Shown: positions 18,652-27,668, counted from the first letter of the stretch. The stretch: 64,000 bases of DNA from Chthonomonadales bacterium (GCA_020849275.1 JADLGO010000021.1:72324-136323); one strand, 5' to 3'. Translations and numbers: made by a program. Notes: generated from the sequence alone by a model not told the origin.

Positions 18652-21600
18652 TCATCGGGCTCGCGTCGGGGGGGCGATCCGGTCCGGGTCGTAGGGTGGG
18701 TTCGTTCTGTGCGGCTCGGCCGGCGGGGCCGTCTTCCCTGGCTCGGCCGGAGGAGCCGTCTTCCCTGGCTCGGCCGGAGGAGCCGTCTTCCCTGGCTCGG
18801 TCGGCGGGGCCGTCTTCCCTGGCTCGGCCGGAGGAGCCACGCCCCCCTCGGTGCCCTCGCCCGGCGGCGGGCCAGGCTTCACTTCGGGGTATTGCTTCTG
18901 GAGGTCGGGCATCAGCTTGCGGATGCGCGCGCTCGACTCGTCGGTCATTCGCTTGCTGGAGGTCGCGTCGCCCGCGACGACGTGCGGGATCATGAAGATC
19001 ATCAGCTCGGTTTTCGTCGTCGCCGTCGTGCTCGAGCGGAACAGGTGCCCGATCAGCGGGATGTCGCCCAGGAGCGGCACCTTGTTGACCGTGATCGAGC
19101 GAGTGTCGCGCATCAGTCCGCCGAGCGCCACGATCTCACCGTCGTGCGCGCTGACCGACGTGTCGGTGGTGCGTTCCGACGTCCGGGGCGCCAGGATGTT
19201 CGTCGTGCGACCGTTCGTGTCGACGCTCGACTGCAGGGTGTCGAAGCCGAGAAGTTCGCTGGCGGTCGCGTAGACGTCGATGGTGACCAGCCCCTCGGCG
19301 ATGCGCGGCGTCACGTCGAGCGTTACTCCCACGTCGAGGAAGTCGTAGGTCACGCTGTTGCCGACGGTGAGTGCGCCGGTGAACGAACTGGTTACGTAGG
19401 GCACGCGGGTCACGATGTCGATGGTGGCTTGCTGATTGTTGGACGTGAACACCTTCGGCGTCGAAAGGATCCTGACGTTCTGGTCGCTGGTGAGCGCCTG
19501 GATCAGCGCGTTGAAGTTGGCGGACTGAACGCCAAGTTGGCCGCCCGGCTGTGCCGGGCTGCCGATGTTGGCCGACGTGGAGCCGGCGGTGCCAATCGGG
19601 AAGTTGGACGAGCCGCTCGTCTGGATTTGCGTGCCGAAGATTCGCCCGATGCCGTGCGCGTCGAACTGGAAGCCCAGCTTGCGCGTGGAGTCGAGCGTGG
19701 CCTCCGCGATGATCACCTCGATCATCACCTGCTGCGGCGCCACGTCGATCTGAGAGATGATGTCGCGCAGCGCGTCCATGTTGTCCGGCGTCGTCGTGAT
19801 CACCAGGCTGTTGCTGCCGGGCTCCGCCACCACGCCGACGTTCTCGCGAAGCTGGAGAAGGTTAACGTAGTTGCCACGCGTCCCGCGCCCGTACTGGGGC
19901 GTCTGCATCTGCCCCTGGCGGCCGAACTGGCCGCCGAAGAAGAACTGCCGGGTCCGTTCGGAGTCGCCGTCCTGGCCGGCATCTGGCACGAAACCAGCGG
20001 GTGTGAGCGTTCCGTGGACGGCGTCGGCGGCGCCGGCCGCGGAGCCAATGGGGCCGACCGGGGCCGCTCGCCCCCTTGGCGCGGCTCGGTTGCTGCTGCT
20101 GGTCCCCTGGCGGCGTTGCACCCGCTGTCTCTGCGTGTTGCGCTGCTGAACTCCGAACGGGTTAAACGAGAAGCCGCCGCCGAACGGGTTCTGGTTGGAG
20201 GTGCCTGTGCCGAACGCCTGGCCGAGGATGTAGGCGACGTCGTTGGCCTGGGCGTTTCGCAGCGGCACAACGAACGTCGTGGTCTCGACCGGCACCTGCA
20301 CGTCGAGCTGCGTGATGAGCTCCTTGATCTGGAGCATCCGCTCGGCGGTCGCCGTGGCGATCAGCGAGTTCGTTCGCGGGTCGGCGACTACCTTGCCGAA
20401 CGGGTCCTCGCTTGTGACGCCGCCGGCCTGCTGGTCGCCTCCGCCGAACCGGTTGCGCCCCCCGCCCCCGAACACACGCTGCCGGAACGAGGCGGCGCGG
20501 TTGTCCTGGCTGGAGGGCCCCACCCTGTCCGAGAGGATCGTGTTGACGATATCGGACACCTCGGCGGCGTCGGCGAACTTCATCTTGATGATCTCGGTCG
20601 AGAGGGCCGTGGCCTCCGGGTCATCGAGGTCCTTGATGATCTCCTCGACGCGTTCCATGTTCTGTCTAGAGGCGGCCACCAGCACGGAGTTCGTGCGCGT
20701 GTCCGCGATGGCGACGATGGCGCCGCGCTCCTGGCCGGGAGGGGTGGCGGCGCCGCGCCGGCCGCCGCGCCCAGCGGGCTGCGGCTGAGGCGGCGGGGGC
20801 TGACCGGGCTGCCCGGGCGGGGCAGGCTGTCCGCGGCCACGAGTGTACACCTGGCGGAACAGGTCGTTCAACACCTCGGCCACGTCATTGGCGTCGGAGT
20901 ACCGGAGCGGGAAGCGCCGGATGTCCGTGTTGCTGGCTTCCTGATCGAGGATCTTGACGAGCTCGGCGATGCGGTCCACGTTGCTTGCGGTGTCGGTGAC
21001 GACCAGGGCGTTCGTGCCCTGGGTGCCCACCATGCTGGCGCCCTTGTTGATGAGCGGCGCCAGCTCCTTGGCAAGCGTGGCGGCGTCGACGTTGTCTACG
21101 GGGATGACCTGTGTGATGACCTGGCCGTGAATCTCGGCCGGGTTGGGGGCGTCCGTCCCCTGACGCACGAGCGGGGTGCTCTGAACGGCGCGGTCGAGAG
21201 GAACGATCTTCAGGATCGTTGTCTGGCCGCGCCGCTCGATCTGCCCGCTGAACCCGCGCACCTCGAGCGTCGACTGCAGGACCTGGAACGCCTGATCGAT
21301 GGTGAGCGGGCGCGGGCTGATGATCGTGACGGGGCCGGAGAGGCCGGGGTCCGGCACGATCTGCCATCCGGTCGCCATCGCGAAGAACTTGAGCACGTTC
21401 CCGATGTCGGAGCCGCGGAAGTCCATCGTGACGGAGCCGCCCTGCGGGATCTGGGGCAGGTTCTGCGCGGCGCTACCGGGCTGAGCGGGCCCCGCGGGCT
21501 GAACGCCACCGGGAGGGGCCTGCGCGGGCTGACCGCCTCCGGCGGGGGGTTGGGCCGGAGGGTTCGTCGGCACGACGCGCAGCCCGCCGTCGCCCTGCCC

Positions 21601-21825
21601 GGAACGCTGCCGACCTCGCGTGTCGGGGCCCCTCTGGCCGCCCGTGCGTCTCTGGCCGCCCCCGGCCGGCGGCCCGCCACCCGGGGGCGGCGCCTGCGCA
21701 AACGCCGTGCCCAGGGCGAGCACGGCGACGAGCGCCCAGGGCCCGGTGCGGTGAACCCGAGCCGGCCATGGTGGCCGGCTTCGGCCGTCCTGGTGCATGT
21801 CTCTCTCCATCGCTCTGGCGCTCAC
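18652..21825 (-). CDS. gspD: secretin (GspD/PilQ family) with long low-complexity N-terminal, internal and C-terminal extensions
   Basis: Secretin C-domain signature VNKVPLLGDIPLIGHLFRS, and several N-domain repeats (e.g. FPLRYSDANDVAEVLNDLF, VPLRNAQANDVAYILGQAF). GTG 21825 overlaps the upstream stop (GTGA); alternative ATGs are at 21810 and 21798. Confidence 0.9.
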   Translation of the reverse strand: MSARAMERDMHQDGRSRPPWPARVHRTGPWALVAVLALGTAFAQAPPPGGGPPAGGGQRRTGGQRGPDTRGRQRSGQGDGGLRVVPTNPPAQPPAGGGQPAQAPPGGVQPAGPAQPGSAAQNLPQIPQGGSVTMDFRGSDIGNVLKFFAMATGWQIVPDPGLSGPVTIISPRPLTIDQAFQVLQSTLEVRGFSGQIERRGQTTILKIVPLDRAVQSTPLVRQGTDAPNPAEIHGQVITQVIPVDNVDAATLAKELAPLINKGASMVGTQGTNALVVTDTASNVDRIAELVKILDQEASNTDIRRFPLRYSDANDVAEVLNDLFRQVYTRGRGQPAPPGQPGQPPPPQPQPAGRGGRRGAATPPGQERGAIVAIADTRTNSVLVAASRQNMERVEEIIKDLDDPEATALSTEIIKMKFADAAEVSDIVNTILSDRVGPSSQDNRAASFRQRVFGGGGRNRFGGGDQQAGGVTSEDPFGKVVADPRTNSLIATATAERMLQIKELITQLDVQVPVETTTFVVPLRNAQANDVAYILGQAFGTGTSNQNPFGGGFSFNPFGVQQRNTQRQRVQRRQGTSSSNRAAPRGRAAPVGPIGSAAGAADAVHGTLTPAGFVPDAGQDGDSERTRQFFFGGQFGRQGQMQTPQYGRGTRGNYVNLLQLRENVGVVAEPGSNSLVITTTPDNMDALRDIISQIDVAPQQVMIEVIIAEATLDSTRKLGFQFDAHGIGRIFGTQIQTSGSSNFPIGTAGSTSANIGSPAQPGGQLGVQSANFNALIQALTSDQNVRILSTPKVFTSNNQQATIDIVTRVPYVTSSFTGALTVGNSVTYDFLDVGVTLDVTPRIAEGLVTIDVYATASELLGFDTLQSSVDTNGRTTNILAPRTSERTTDTSVSAHDGEIVALGGLMRDTRSITVNKVPLLGDIPLIGHLFRSSTTATTKTELMIFMIPHVVAGDATSSKRMTDESSARIRKLMPDLQKQYPEVKPGPPPGEGTEGGVAPPAEPGKTAPPTEPGKTAPPAEPGKTAPPAEPGKTAPPAEPHRTNPPYDPDRIAPPTRAR
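18714..18839 (-). repeat. 27-bp in-frame tandem repeat (about 4.7 copies) encoding (GKTAPPAEP)n at the secretin C-terminus
   Basis: The unit ggctcggccgg(c/a)gg(g/a)gccgtcttccct repeats at 18714, 18741, 18768 and 18795, with a partial copy at 18822. Confidence 0.9.
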
Positions 21826-22673
21826 TCCCCGCCGCCGCGGCCTGGGAAGCCGCCGCCCCGGCGGCCGCCCCGCCCCTCAAAGCGCCGGTTCATCCATCGG
21901 TTCTGCATCTGCGCGCGCTGTTCGGGCGTCATGCTGTTCAGCCGCTCCTGAATGCGCTGCTGAACCTGCGGCGGTAGGCGGTCGAAACCCGGGAAGGGAG
22001 CGCCGCCAGAAGCGCCCGGGACTCCGGCGGCCGCGGGACCGGCAGCGGCGTTGGGCTGCCCGGGCTGAGGGGGCGCACCGGGCTGGCCGGGCTGCGGACC
22101 GGCGGTCAGGTAGGGAGCGCTCTTGTCGAGGGGTGTCAGCTTGTAGTCGTCCGTCTTGAACATCGTGCGATCGCTTCCGGCAACGCTTAGCGAGACCGAG
22201 CGCTCGTCGATGCCCTTAACGGTTGCGCCAAGTCCCGCGAGCGTGTCGCCGACGCCAAGGTACTGCCCTTCCCGTGTCTTCGTGTTCTCGACGAGCGCCA
22301 TGGTGCGCCCGCCGACCTGTACGGTGCCGGAGTAGGCCCACTCGGCGAGCGGGTCGACCGGCGCGGGCGCGGGCGGCGGTGTCGGAGCCACGGGCGGCTT
22401 GACGGCCGCGACGGGAGTCGGGGGCGGCGGCGGCAGCGGCGCGCCGAACAGGTCGGACCGTACCCCGCCCGTGTAGTAAGAGAGTGGCTGGCGTCGGGCC
22501 GGAGCCGGCCGCACAGCGACCTCGGGCTCCTGCGTCCGCGCGCTCGAGCGCGTCGCGGGCGTCGGCGCGGCCTGATGCGGTCCGCCCTGCGCGAACACCA
22601 CGACCGTCAGGACCGCCGCGCCCGCCACCACCAGGGCTCCGGGCGTCCACCGTGTTTTGGTTCGTTTCCTCAT
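21822..22673 (-). CDS. PilP/GspC-HR-like secretion-system assembly protein with a Pro-rich linker and Arg/Gly-rich tail
   Basis: ORF 21822..22889 trimmed to ATG 22673 (ATGA overlap with the upstream gene). It has an N-terminal TM anchor, a PPPPPTPVAAVKPPVAPTPPPAPAP linker, a beta-rich domain (WAYSGTVQVGGRTMALVENTKTREGQYLGVGDTL...GIDERSVSL) resembling the PilP/GspC HR fold, and the tail RGGRRGGGFPGRGGGE. Confidence 0.5.
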   Translation of the reverse strand: MRKRTKTRWTPGALVVAGAAVLTVVVFAQGGPHQAAPTPATRSSARTQEPEVAVRPAPARRQPLSYYTGGVRSDLFGAPLPPPPPTPVAAVKPPVAPTPPPAPAPVDPLAEWAYSGTVQVGGRTMALVENTKTREGQYLGVGDTLAGLGATVKGIDERSVSLSVAGSDRTMFKTDDYKLTPLDKSAPYLTAGPQPGQPGAPPQPGQPNAAAGPAAAGVPGASGGAPFPGFDRLPPQVQQRIQERLNSMTPEQRAQMQNRWMNRRFEGRGGRRGGGFPGRGGGE

Positions 22674-23269
22674 CGTGTTCCCCCTGAAGCTCCGCCTTGC
22701 GCGGCGGCGCCCGGCTCGCGCTCGGCCGCGGAACCGGCGCCGCCGCGCGTGAAGAGCGCTATGTTGGCCTCCACCTCGACCAGCCGGGCCGCCGGATCCG
22801 AGGTGCTCATGTTGAGCTTCTCGACGGTCAGCTTGCCGGCGGGATCCTCGACACGGTAAAGAAATGGCACGGTCTGCGCGAACGGGCACGAGAAGCGCAC
22901 ACTGACGGGCACCTTCACCAGGTTGGCCACGCGGCGGCTGCGGAGCGGCTTAACCTCGCGCAGATGGATGCCCGACTGCTTCGCCAGGCCCTGGAGTTGC
23001 CCCACGACGCGCGGCACCACCACCTCCGGGGGCTCCTCGAACGTCATGCTCGCGAGCGCCGGGCGGAGCCGATCGGTCTCCGACTGCAAGGCGAGCTTCT
23101 CCGCCAGCGCCGCGTCATACTTGCGCCGCGCCTCGGCCGCCGGCACGAGCTTGCCACTTGGCCCGGTTCCGGGCGAGAGGGCGAGCCACGCCGCCACGAT
23201 CACGGAGGCGACGCCGAGGACGAGCAGCACGCGCTCGCGCGGGCTACGCTTCGACCAGAGATCGTTCAT
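22670..23269 (-). CDS. PilO/GspM-like bitopic inner-membrane assembly protein
   Basis: Short cytoplasmic N-terminus, one TM helix (VLLVLGVASVIVAAWLAL), a coiled-coil region, then a ferredoxin-like domain. Position matches gspM/pilO. Confidence 0.6.
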   Translation of the reverse strand: MNDLWSKRSPRERVLLVLGVASVIVAAWLALSPGTGPSGKLVPAAEARRKYDAALAEKLALQSETDRLRPALASMTFEEPPEVVVPRVVGQLQGLAKQSGIHLREVKPLRSRRVANLVKVPVSVRFSCPFAQTVPFLYRVEDPAGKLTVEKLNMSTSDPAARLVEVEANIALFTRGGAGSAAEREPGAAAQGGASGGTR

Positions 23270-24882
23270 TGCCGAATATCCAGACGACGATCAGACGCCA
23301 CGGTTACGCCTTCCTCGTCCGAGGGCGCGGTCTCGCGCGTCGCCCTCGGGCCCGGCCCGGAGCCGGCGGGCGGGTCCCGATGGAGCCGGCAGACGATCTG
23401 GAAGCTCAGGTCGGTCAAGGGCGAGGGGCCGGGAACGAGCGCGGCCGCGCCCCGTGGGCGAGACCGGTCGCCGGCGGCATCGCCGATGTATCCGAGGCGC
23501 ACCTCGTCGAACGCGCCCGTGGCCTGGAGGGCGGACACCATCCGAGTCGCCGCGTTCTCGGCCTTCGCCTTGCCCTGCACCGTCATGGCGCCGGCGCGAT
23601 CGAAGCTGAGCTGTGTCAGGTAGACGCCGCCGCTGGCCGGCGTCGCGTCGGAGAGCGCCTTCACGGCGTCCACCACGGGGAGGCGGCGGCCCAGGCCGCT
23701 CACCACGGCGCTGTAGTCCTCGACGAGCTCCGAGTGCTCCGCTCGGACCTCCTTCAGGGCGCGCTCCACGGTGCGCAGCTTCTGGTTCTCACGCAGCATG
23801 GCGCTGCGTTCGGCCTTCTGGCGGGTGAGGGCGGCCTGCGTCGCGAAGGCGCCAACCACCAGGACGACCGCCGTGACCGCGAGCGCGACCCCCGTCGCGA
23901 ACCGCCGACGCACCGCCTGGCGGCGCTCGGTTCGCTCCGAAGGCGTCAGGTTGATGCGGCTGAGGCCGCCCCCAGCCGCCTCGAGCGCGAGGCCGGCCGC
24001 CACGGCGTAGGCGCCGGCATCCTCTGGCCTCGTGGTGAACAGGGCGCTGCGCAGCGGCTCCACGTCCGCCTGGAGCGCGCTGCCCAGCACCTCTCGGGCA
24101 GCCGCGCTCTCGGCCTCGGGGCCGGCCACCTCCACCCGGGTGACCTGGCCGGCGCGGAACTCGTTTCGGTAGGCGATCAACGAGCGCGAGACCTCCGAAG
24201 CCAACTGGCGGTCGCGTCCGCCGCCGGCGGCGTCCGACTCGAGCGCGGCCGCCCGCGTGAAGAGCACGCGCCCGCCGCCCACCACCGCCACCTCCATCTC
24301 GCCCGGCTCGATGGCCACGAGCGCGACGGGCGCGACGCTGCCGGCCGCATGCTCGGCCAGGCCGAGGGCCGAGACCGACAGGCTGTCGACGTGCAGGCCG
24401 GCGGCGTCGAACACCGCCATCAACTCGGCGACCGTCGTGCGGCGCGCGGCCGCGATCAGCACCGTCGTCAGGTCGTCCGCATCGTCGACGATGACCTGGT
24501 GGTCGATCACGGCGTCCGCCATGGGGAAGGGAACGTACTGCTGGGCCTCGAGCTCGACCATGCCCCGCACGTGCTCCGCGGGCGCATGGGGAAGGCGAGC
24601 ATACTTCAGTGTCACCATGCGCCGCGGCAGCGCCGTCACCACGTGAGTGGCGGTGATGCCGCCCGCGGCGAGCGCTCCGCGGATGGCCTGAACGAGCTGA
24701 GGCCGCGTCTCACCGAGCCGATCCCAGGCGTCACCCGGTGCGGGCGCCTGCCCGCACCGGGTGACGGCGGATTGGCCTCCGCGCGTGTCGACCTCGACGG
24801 CGCGAACCTGATCGCGTCCGATGTAGACGGCCACGGCGTGCGAGGCGTGCTGTCGCCGCCGTGCGCTGCTAGCCAGTGCCAA
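23266..24882 (-). CDS. PilM-PilN fusion protein (GspL-equivalent)
   Basis: TTG start with a GGAGG SD. The N-terminal ~330 aa form an actin-like PilM domain. It is followed by INLTPSERTERRQAVRRR plus a TM helix and a PilN-like periplasmic domain. Confidence 0.75.
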   Translation of the reverse strand: MALASSARRRQHASHAVAVYIGRDQVRAVEVDTRGGQSAVTRCGQAPAPGDAWDRLGETRPQLVQAIRGALAAGGITATHVVTALPRRMVTLKYARLPHAPAEHVRGMVELEAQQYVPFPMADAVIDHQVIVDDADDLTTVLIAAARRTTVAELMAVFDAAGLHVDSLSVSALGLAEHAAGSVAPVALVAIEPGEMEVAVVGGGRVLFTRAAALESDAAGGGRDRQLASEVSRSLIAYRNEFRAGQVTRVEVAGPEAESAAAREVLGSALQADVEPLRSALFTTRPEDAGAYAVAAGLALEAAGGGLSRINLTPSERTERRQAVRRRFATGVALAVTAVVLVVGAFATQAALTRQKAERSAMLRENQKLRTVERALKEVRAEHSELVEDYSAVVSGLGRRLPVVDAVKALSDATPASGGVYLTQLSFDRAGAMTVQGKAKAENAATRMVSALQATGAFDEVRLGYIGDAAGDRSRPRGAAALVPGPSPLTDLSFQIVCRLHRDPPAGSGPGPRATRETAPSDEEGVTVASDRRLDIRQ

Positions 24883-26287
24883 GGGTACCTCCGGTTGCGG
24901 TTGGCCCGTAGTCGGGCGCCGGCGCCCACGTCTGCCACCCCGGGTCTCGACCGACCCCCTGCCACTGCAGGACGCGCGGGCTCTGACTCGCCGTCGCTTC
25001 TTGCGCCCCGCCCTGCGGGCCCGACGCTCCCGATCCCTGCGCCTGCACGGCCGGCGGCGTCAGCTCGACCATCGCCTGGACGGCGTAGATGGCGCGGCTG
25101 TTGGGCATGCGCACCTTCACACGCACCAGATAGATCGACGACTTCGTGCAGACGTTGTCGACGAGCGCCTGAAGCTGTTGGCGGTTGAGCGAGGTCAGTT
25201 GGAAAAGGTCGTTCAACCCCGTGAACGTGGTGCCGCTCTCGCGCGCCTGGATCACCTGGTCGTAGATGGCCTGGTCGACGCCGGGTATCGTCGCGAGCGC
25301 CTCCGATGACGCGGTGTTGATGTTCAACCGACCCTCTCGGAACGCTGAGTCGGTGACCGTGACCCGGTCGCCGATGCTCTGCATCACCTGGCGCGTGAAG
25401 CCCGGGATGTTGAGCAGGTCGGCGATGGAGTTCAGGCTCGAGCCGTTGCTCCCCCGCGATTCCACGAGCCGCCGCGCCAGGTTGGGCGAGATCCCGAGCG
25501 TTTCCTGAAGGTCGTCGGCGCTAGCCGTCTTGACGTTGACGCGCGCCGTGCCGTCGCTGGCCACGTTCCGTTCGCGCGAGTAGGTCGTCAGCATCTCGGC
25601 GAGCGGGGTGCCGCTCGCGTCGGTAGCGATCGGCTCTCCCGTCGGCTGAGCGGCCTGGCGGCCGGCGGCTCGGCTGACGCCGGGCGCTTGCGAGAACCCG
25701 GACTGGCCGGCGTTCGGGTCATAGAGCAGTGAGGTCGTCATGCCGCGCACAAGCAGGATCTCGGCGATGCTGTCGAACGGTGAGTTCTTCGCGTCATACG
25801 GAGGCGACAGCGCCTCGTAGTACTCACTCTCGGCGCCGAGCGAGCCCGACAGCGTGCCGGGCGTGTCGTCGGCGTCGCGCCAGTCGACGATCGCGAGCGG
25901 GATCGTCGGATCGCCGCCGAATGCGGGGAGGCTCGCCAGCGATTGTGCGCTGGCCGTGTTGATGTTGACGCGCGACGCCGTGTCAACGACCTCGACCTTG
26001 TACCACCCGTCGCCGAGCTGTGTCCATCCGTTCGCGTCGGTGTCCGGCGGCGTCCTCATGGTCGGCGGCGTGGTGCCGCCGTTCGTAGACTGCTGGAGGT
26101 CGGCGGCGGCGTACATCACCGCGCCGCGGGCGATGTAGTAGGCCTGGATGTCGCCCAGGTAGCGGTGCGCCTCGCGCGTCTCGCGGCGGGCTCGCGCCGA
26201 GAGGGTGACGGCGAACGCGGTCAGGATCAGCACCACGAACAGGACCGGCACGAGCGCCTGGCCGCGGCGGTGCGCCGCGGCCTTCAT
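24869..26287 (-). CDS. gspK: GspK-like minor pseudopilin
   Basis: N-terminus GQALVPVLFVVLILTAFAVTLS (GspK-type, non-cleaved-pilin-like), a large insertion domain, and two helix-hairpin-helix-like segments (INTASAQSLASLPAFG; INTASSEALATIPGVD). Confidence 0.75.
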   Translation of the reverse strand: MKAAAHRRGQALVPVLFVVLILTAFAVTLSARARRETREAHRYLGDIQAYYIARGAVMYAAADLQQSTNGGTTPPTMRTPPDTDANGWTQLGDGWYKVEVVDTASRVNINTASAQSLASLPAFGGDPTIPLAIVDWRDADDTPGTLSGSLGAESEYYEALSPPYDAKNSPFDSIAEILLVRGMTTSLLYDPNAGQSGFSQAPGVSRAAGRQAAQPTGEPIATDASGTPLAEMLTTYSRERNVASDGTARVNVKTASADDLQETLGISPNLARRLVESRGSNGSSLNSIADLLNIPGFTRQVMQSIGDRVTVTDSAFREGRLNINTASSEALATIPGVDQAIYDQVIQARESGTTFTGLNDLFQLTSLNRQQLQALVDNVCTKSSIYLVRVKVRMPNSRAIYAVQAMVELTPPAVQAQGSGASGPQGGAQEATASQSPRVLQWQGVGRDPGWQTWAPAPDYGPTATGGTLGTG

Positions 26288-27246
26288 TGACGGGCCCCCG
26301 GAGCAGCGACGCCGGGCAATCCGGGCAGCGCGCCGCCTGGCCGGGGCAGCGTCGCCTGCGGGATGCCGCGCGGCCCGGCCGACGAGGTTCCCGGGCCTCC
26401 GGGGCCGCCGCCTCCGGGGCCACCACCTCCGGGGCCGCCGCCTCCGGGGCCGCCGCCGCCTCCGGGGCCGCCGCCTCCGGGGCCGCCGCCGCCCGCGTTC
26501 GCGCCGGCGGCGGCGGGTTGCTCGATGGCGGCGCGCGGCTCGGGCGTGGCAAGCCCGACCGATGTCGTGTAGATCTCGCTCTGCCCCCGGCCGGTCGCTA
26601 TCTCGAGCCGTACGTCCACGAAGCGCGGAAGGGTCGTGTCCACGTCCTGCATCACGTTTGCGCCGCCCTCATCCTGGGCGGCGGACGGGTTCACGTACCG
26701 CCAGTCAGCGCGCTCGCTGCCGTCCGCGTCACCGAACATAAGCTCCAGGCTGGCAACGCTGCGCGACAGGAGCGCCTCGGGCGCGTCGGGCTGTGGCGCC
26801 GCGTCGACGTTGGGCACCGGCCGAACCGTGCGCGACAGCAGTCCGTACTCGGGATCTACGCTGTAGACGATCCAGACCAGATCGGACTGCGGCGGCTCGC
26901 TCTCGTCGCCCTGAGGGGCGAACATGCCCGTCGCCCCCTGTTGGGGCGTCGATGGGCGCCGGACGCGGCCCGCGAGCGTGCTGAGCTCGAGCACCTGCCC
27001 AGTGTTCACGCCCTCGGCCACGAACACCGCGCCGGGGTTGTCGGCGGAGGCGTATGCGGCTTGCAGGTCGCGCGCGATGATCGCGAGCAGCGCGCGAGCC
27101 TCGTCGGCGCTGTCGGCGCGGCGGCGCATGTCGGCCTGAGCGCGCAGGCCCGCCGTGAGCGCGTAGGCTGTCGCGACGGTGATGAGCGCCAGCATCACCA
27201 GGGCCACCAGCATCTCGATGAGCGTGAAGCCGCGTTGTCGGGTCAT
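26284..27246 (-). CDS. GspJ-like minor pseudopilin with a C-terminal (GGGGP)n tail
   Basis: ORF trimmed to ATG 27246. Prepilin motif RQRGFTLIEMLVALVMLALI. Size and position match gspJ. The tail reads GGGGPGGGGPGGGGGPGGGGPGGGGPGGGGPGGPG. Confidence 0.65.
   Translation of the reverse strand: MTRQRGFTLIEMLVALVMLALITVATAYALTAGLRAQADMRRRADSADEARALLAIIARDLQAAYASADNPGAVFVAEGVNTGQVLELSTLAGRVRRPSTPQQGATGMFAPQGDESEPPQSDLVWIVYSVDPEYGLLSRTVRPVPNVDAAPQPDAPEALLSRSVASLELMFGDADGSERADWRYVNPSAAQDEGGANVMQDVDTTLPRFVDVRLEIATGRGQSEIYTTSVGLATPEPRAAIEQPAAAGANAGGGGPGGGGPGGGGGPGGGGPGGGGPGGGGPGGPGTSSAGPRGIPQATLPRPGGALPGLPGVAAPGARQ
26393..26495 (-). repeat. 15-bp in-frame tandem repeat (cctccggggccgccg, about 6 copies) encoding (GGGGP)n
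   Basis: Direct reading of 26393-26495. One unit is expanded to 18 bp. Confidence 0.85.
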
Positions 27247-27668
27247 CGGGGCGCCGCTCCAGCGCCGGCTTCCGCACCGGCCGCCTGCTCCGCAGTGCTC
27301 TCGTAGGTGATGAAGACCGCCGAGCGGCGGATTGGGCCACTGCTCCAGGAGACCGTCATCGTCACTCGCACGAGGTCTGGCAGGTCCGTCTGCTCCGCCG
27401 TCACGTCCCATGCGTAGTTGGGGTACTCGTCGCCGAACTCGCCCTGCTGGTCTCCGGACGCCAGGTTGGCGGGGTCAGCCGCCAGCCGCGCGAGCTGGCG
27501 CTGAGCGAGCATGCCCGCGATCGTGTACTCGTGCGCCACGCCAGACCAGCGAGTCGCCGTGGAGACGCAGGCCATCGACGCGACGACGCCGAGCATCAGC
27601 AGCACGGCCGCCACCATCATCTCGATGAGCGTGAAGCCACGCTGGCGGCTAGCGGCGCGCCCGCTCAT
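27243..27668 (-). CDS. GspI-like minor pseudopilin
   Basis: ORF trimmed to ATG 27668. Prepilin motif RQRGFTLIEMMVAAVLLMLGV. About 140 aa, in the gspI position. Confidence 0.65.
   Translation of the reverse strand: MSGRAASRQRGFTLIEMMVAAVLLMLGVVASMACVSTATRWSGVAHEYTIAGMLAQRQLARLAADPANLASGDQQGEFGDEYPNYAWDVTAEQTDLPDLVRVTMTVSWSSGPIRRSAVFITYESTAEQAAGAEAGAGAAPR

Noticed and set aside
18714-18839. Tandem direct repeats at 18714-18839, and also at 26393-26495, considered as a possible CRISPR array or minisatellite.
   Set aside because: The repeat units (27 and 15 bp) are contiguous with no spacers, are multiples of three, and lie in frame inside well-supported CDS. They are coding low-complexity repeats.
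18709-21951. 1080-aa plus-strand ORF antisense to the secretin. Similar giant antisense or off-frame ORFs occur at 2327..4417 (-), 9739..11787 (-), 23158..25188 (+), 29538..31907 (+) and 41869..44235 (-).
   Set aside because: All are extremely Arg/Ala/Gly/Pro-rich with no motifs. They lie opposite to, or out of frame with, ORFs that carry unmistakable family signatures. Long stop-free antisense frames are expected in very GC-rich DNA.
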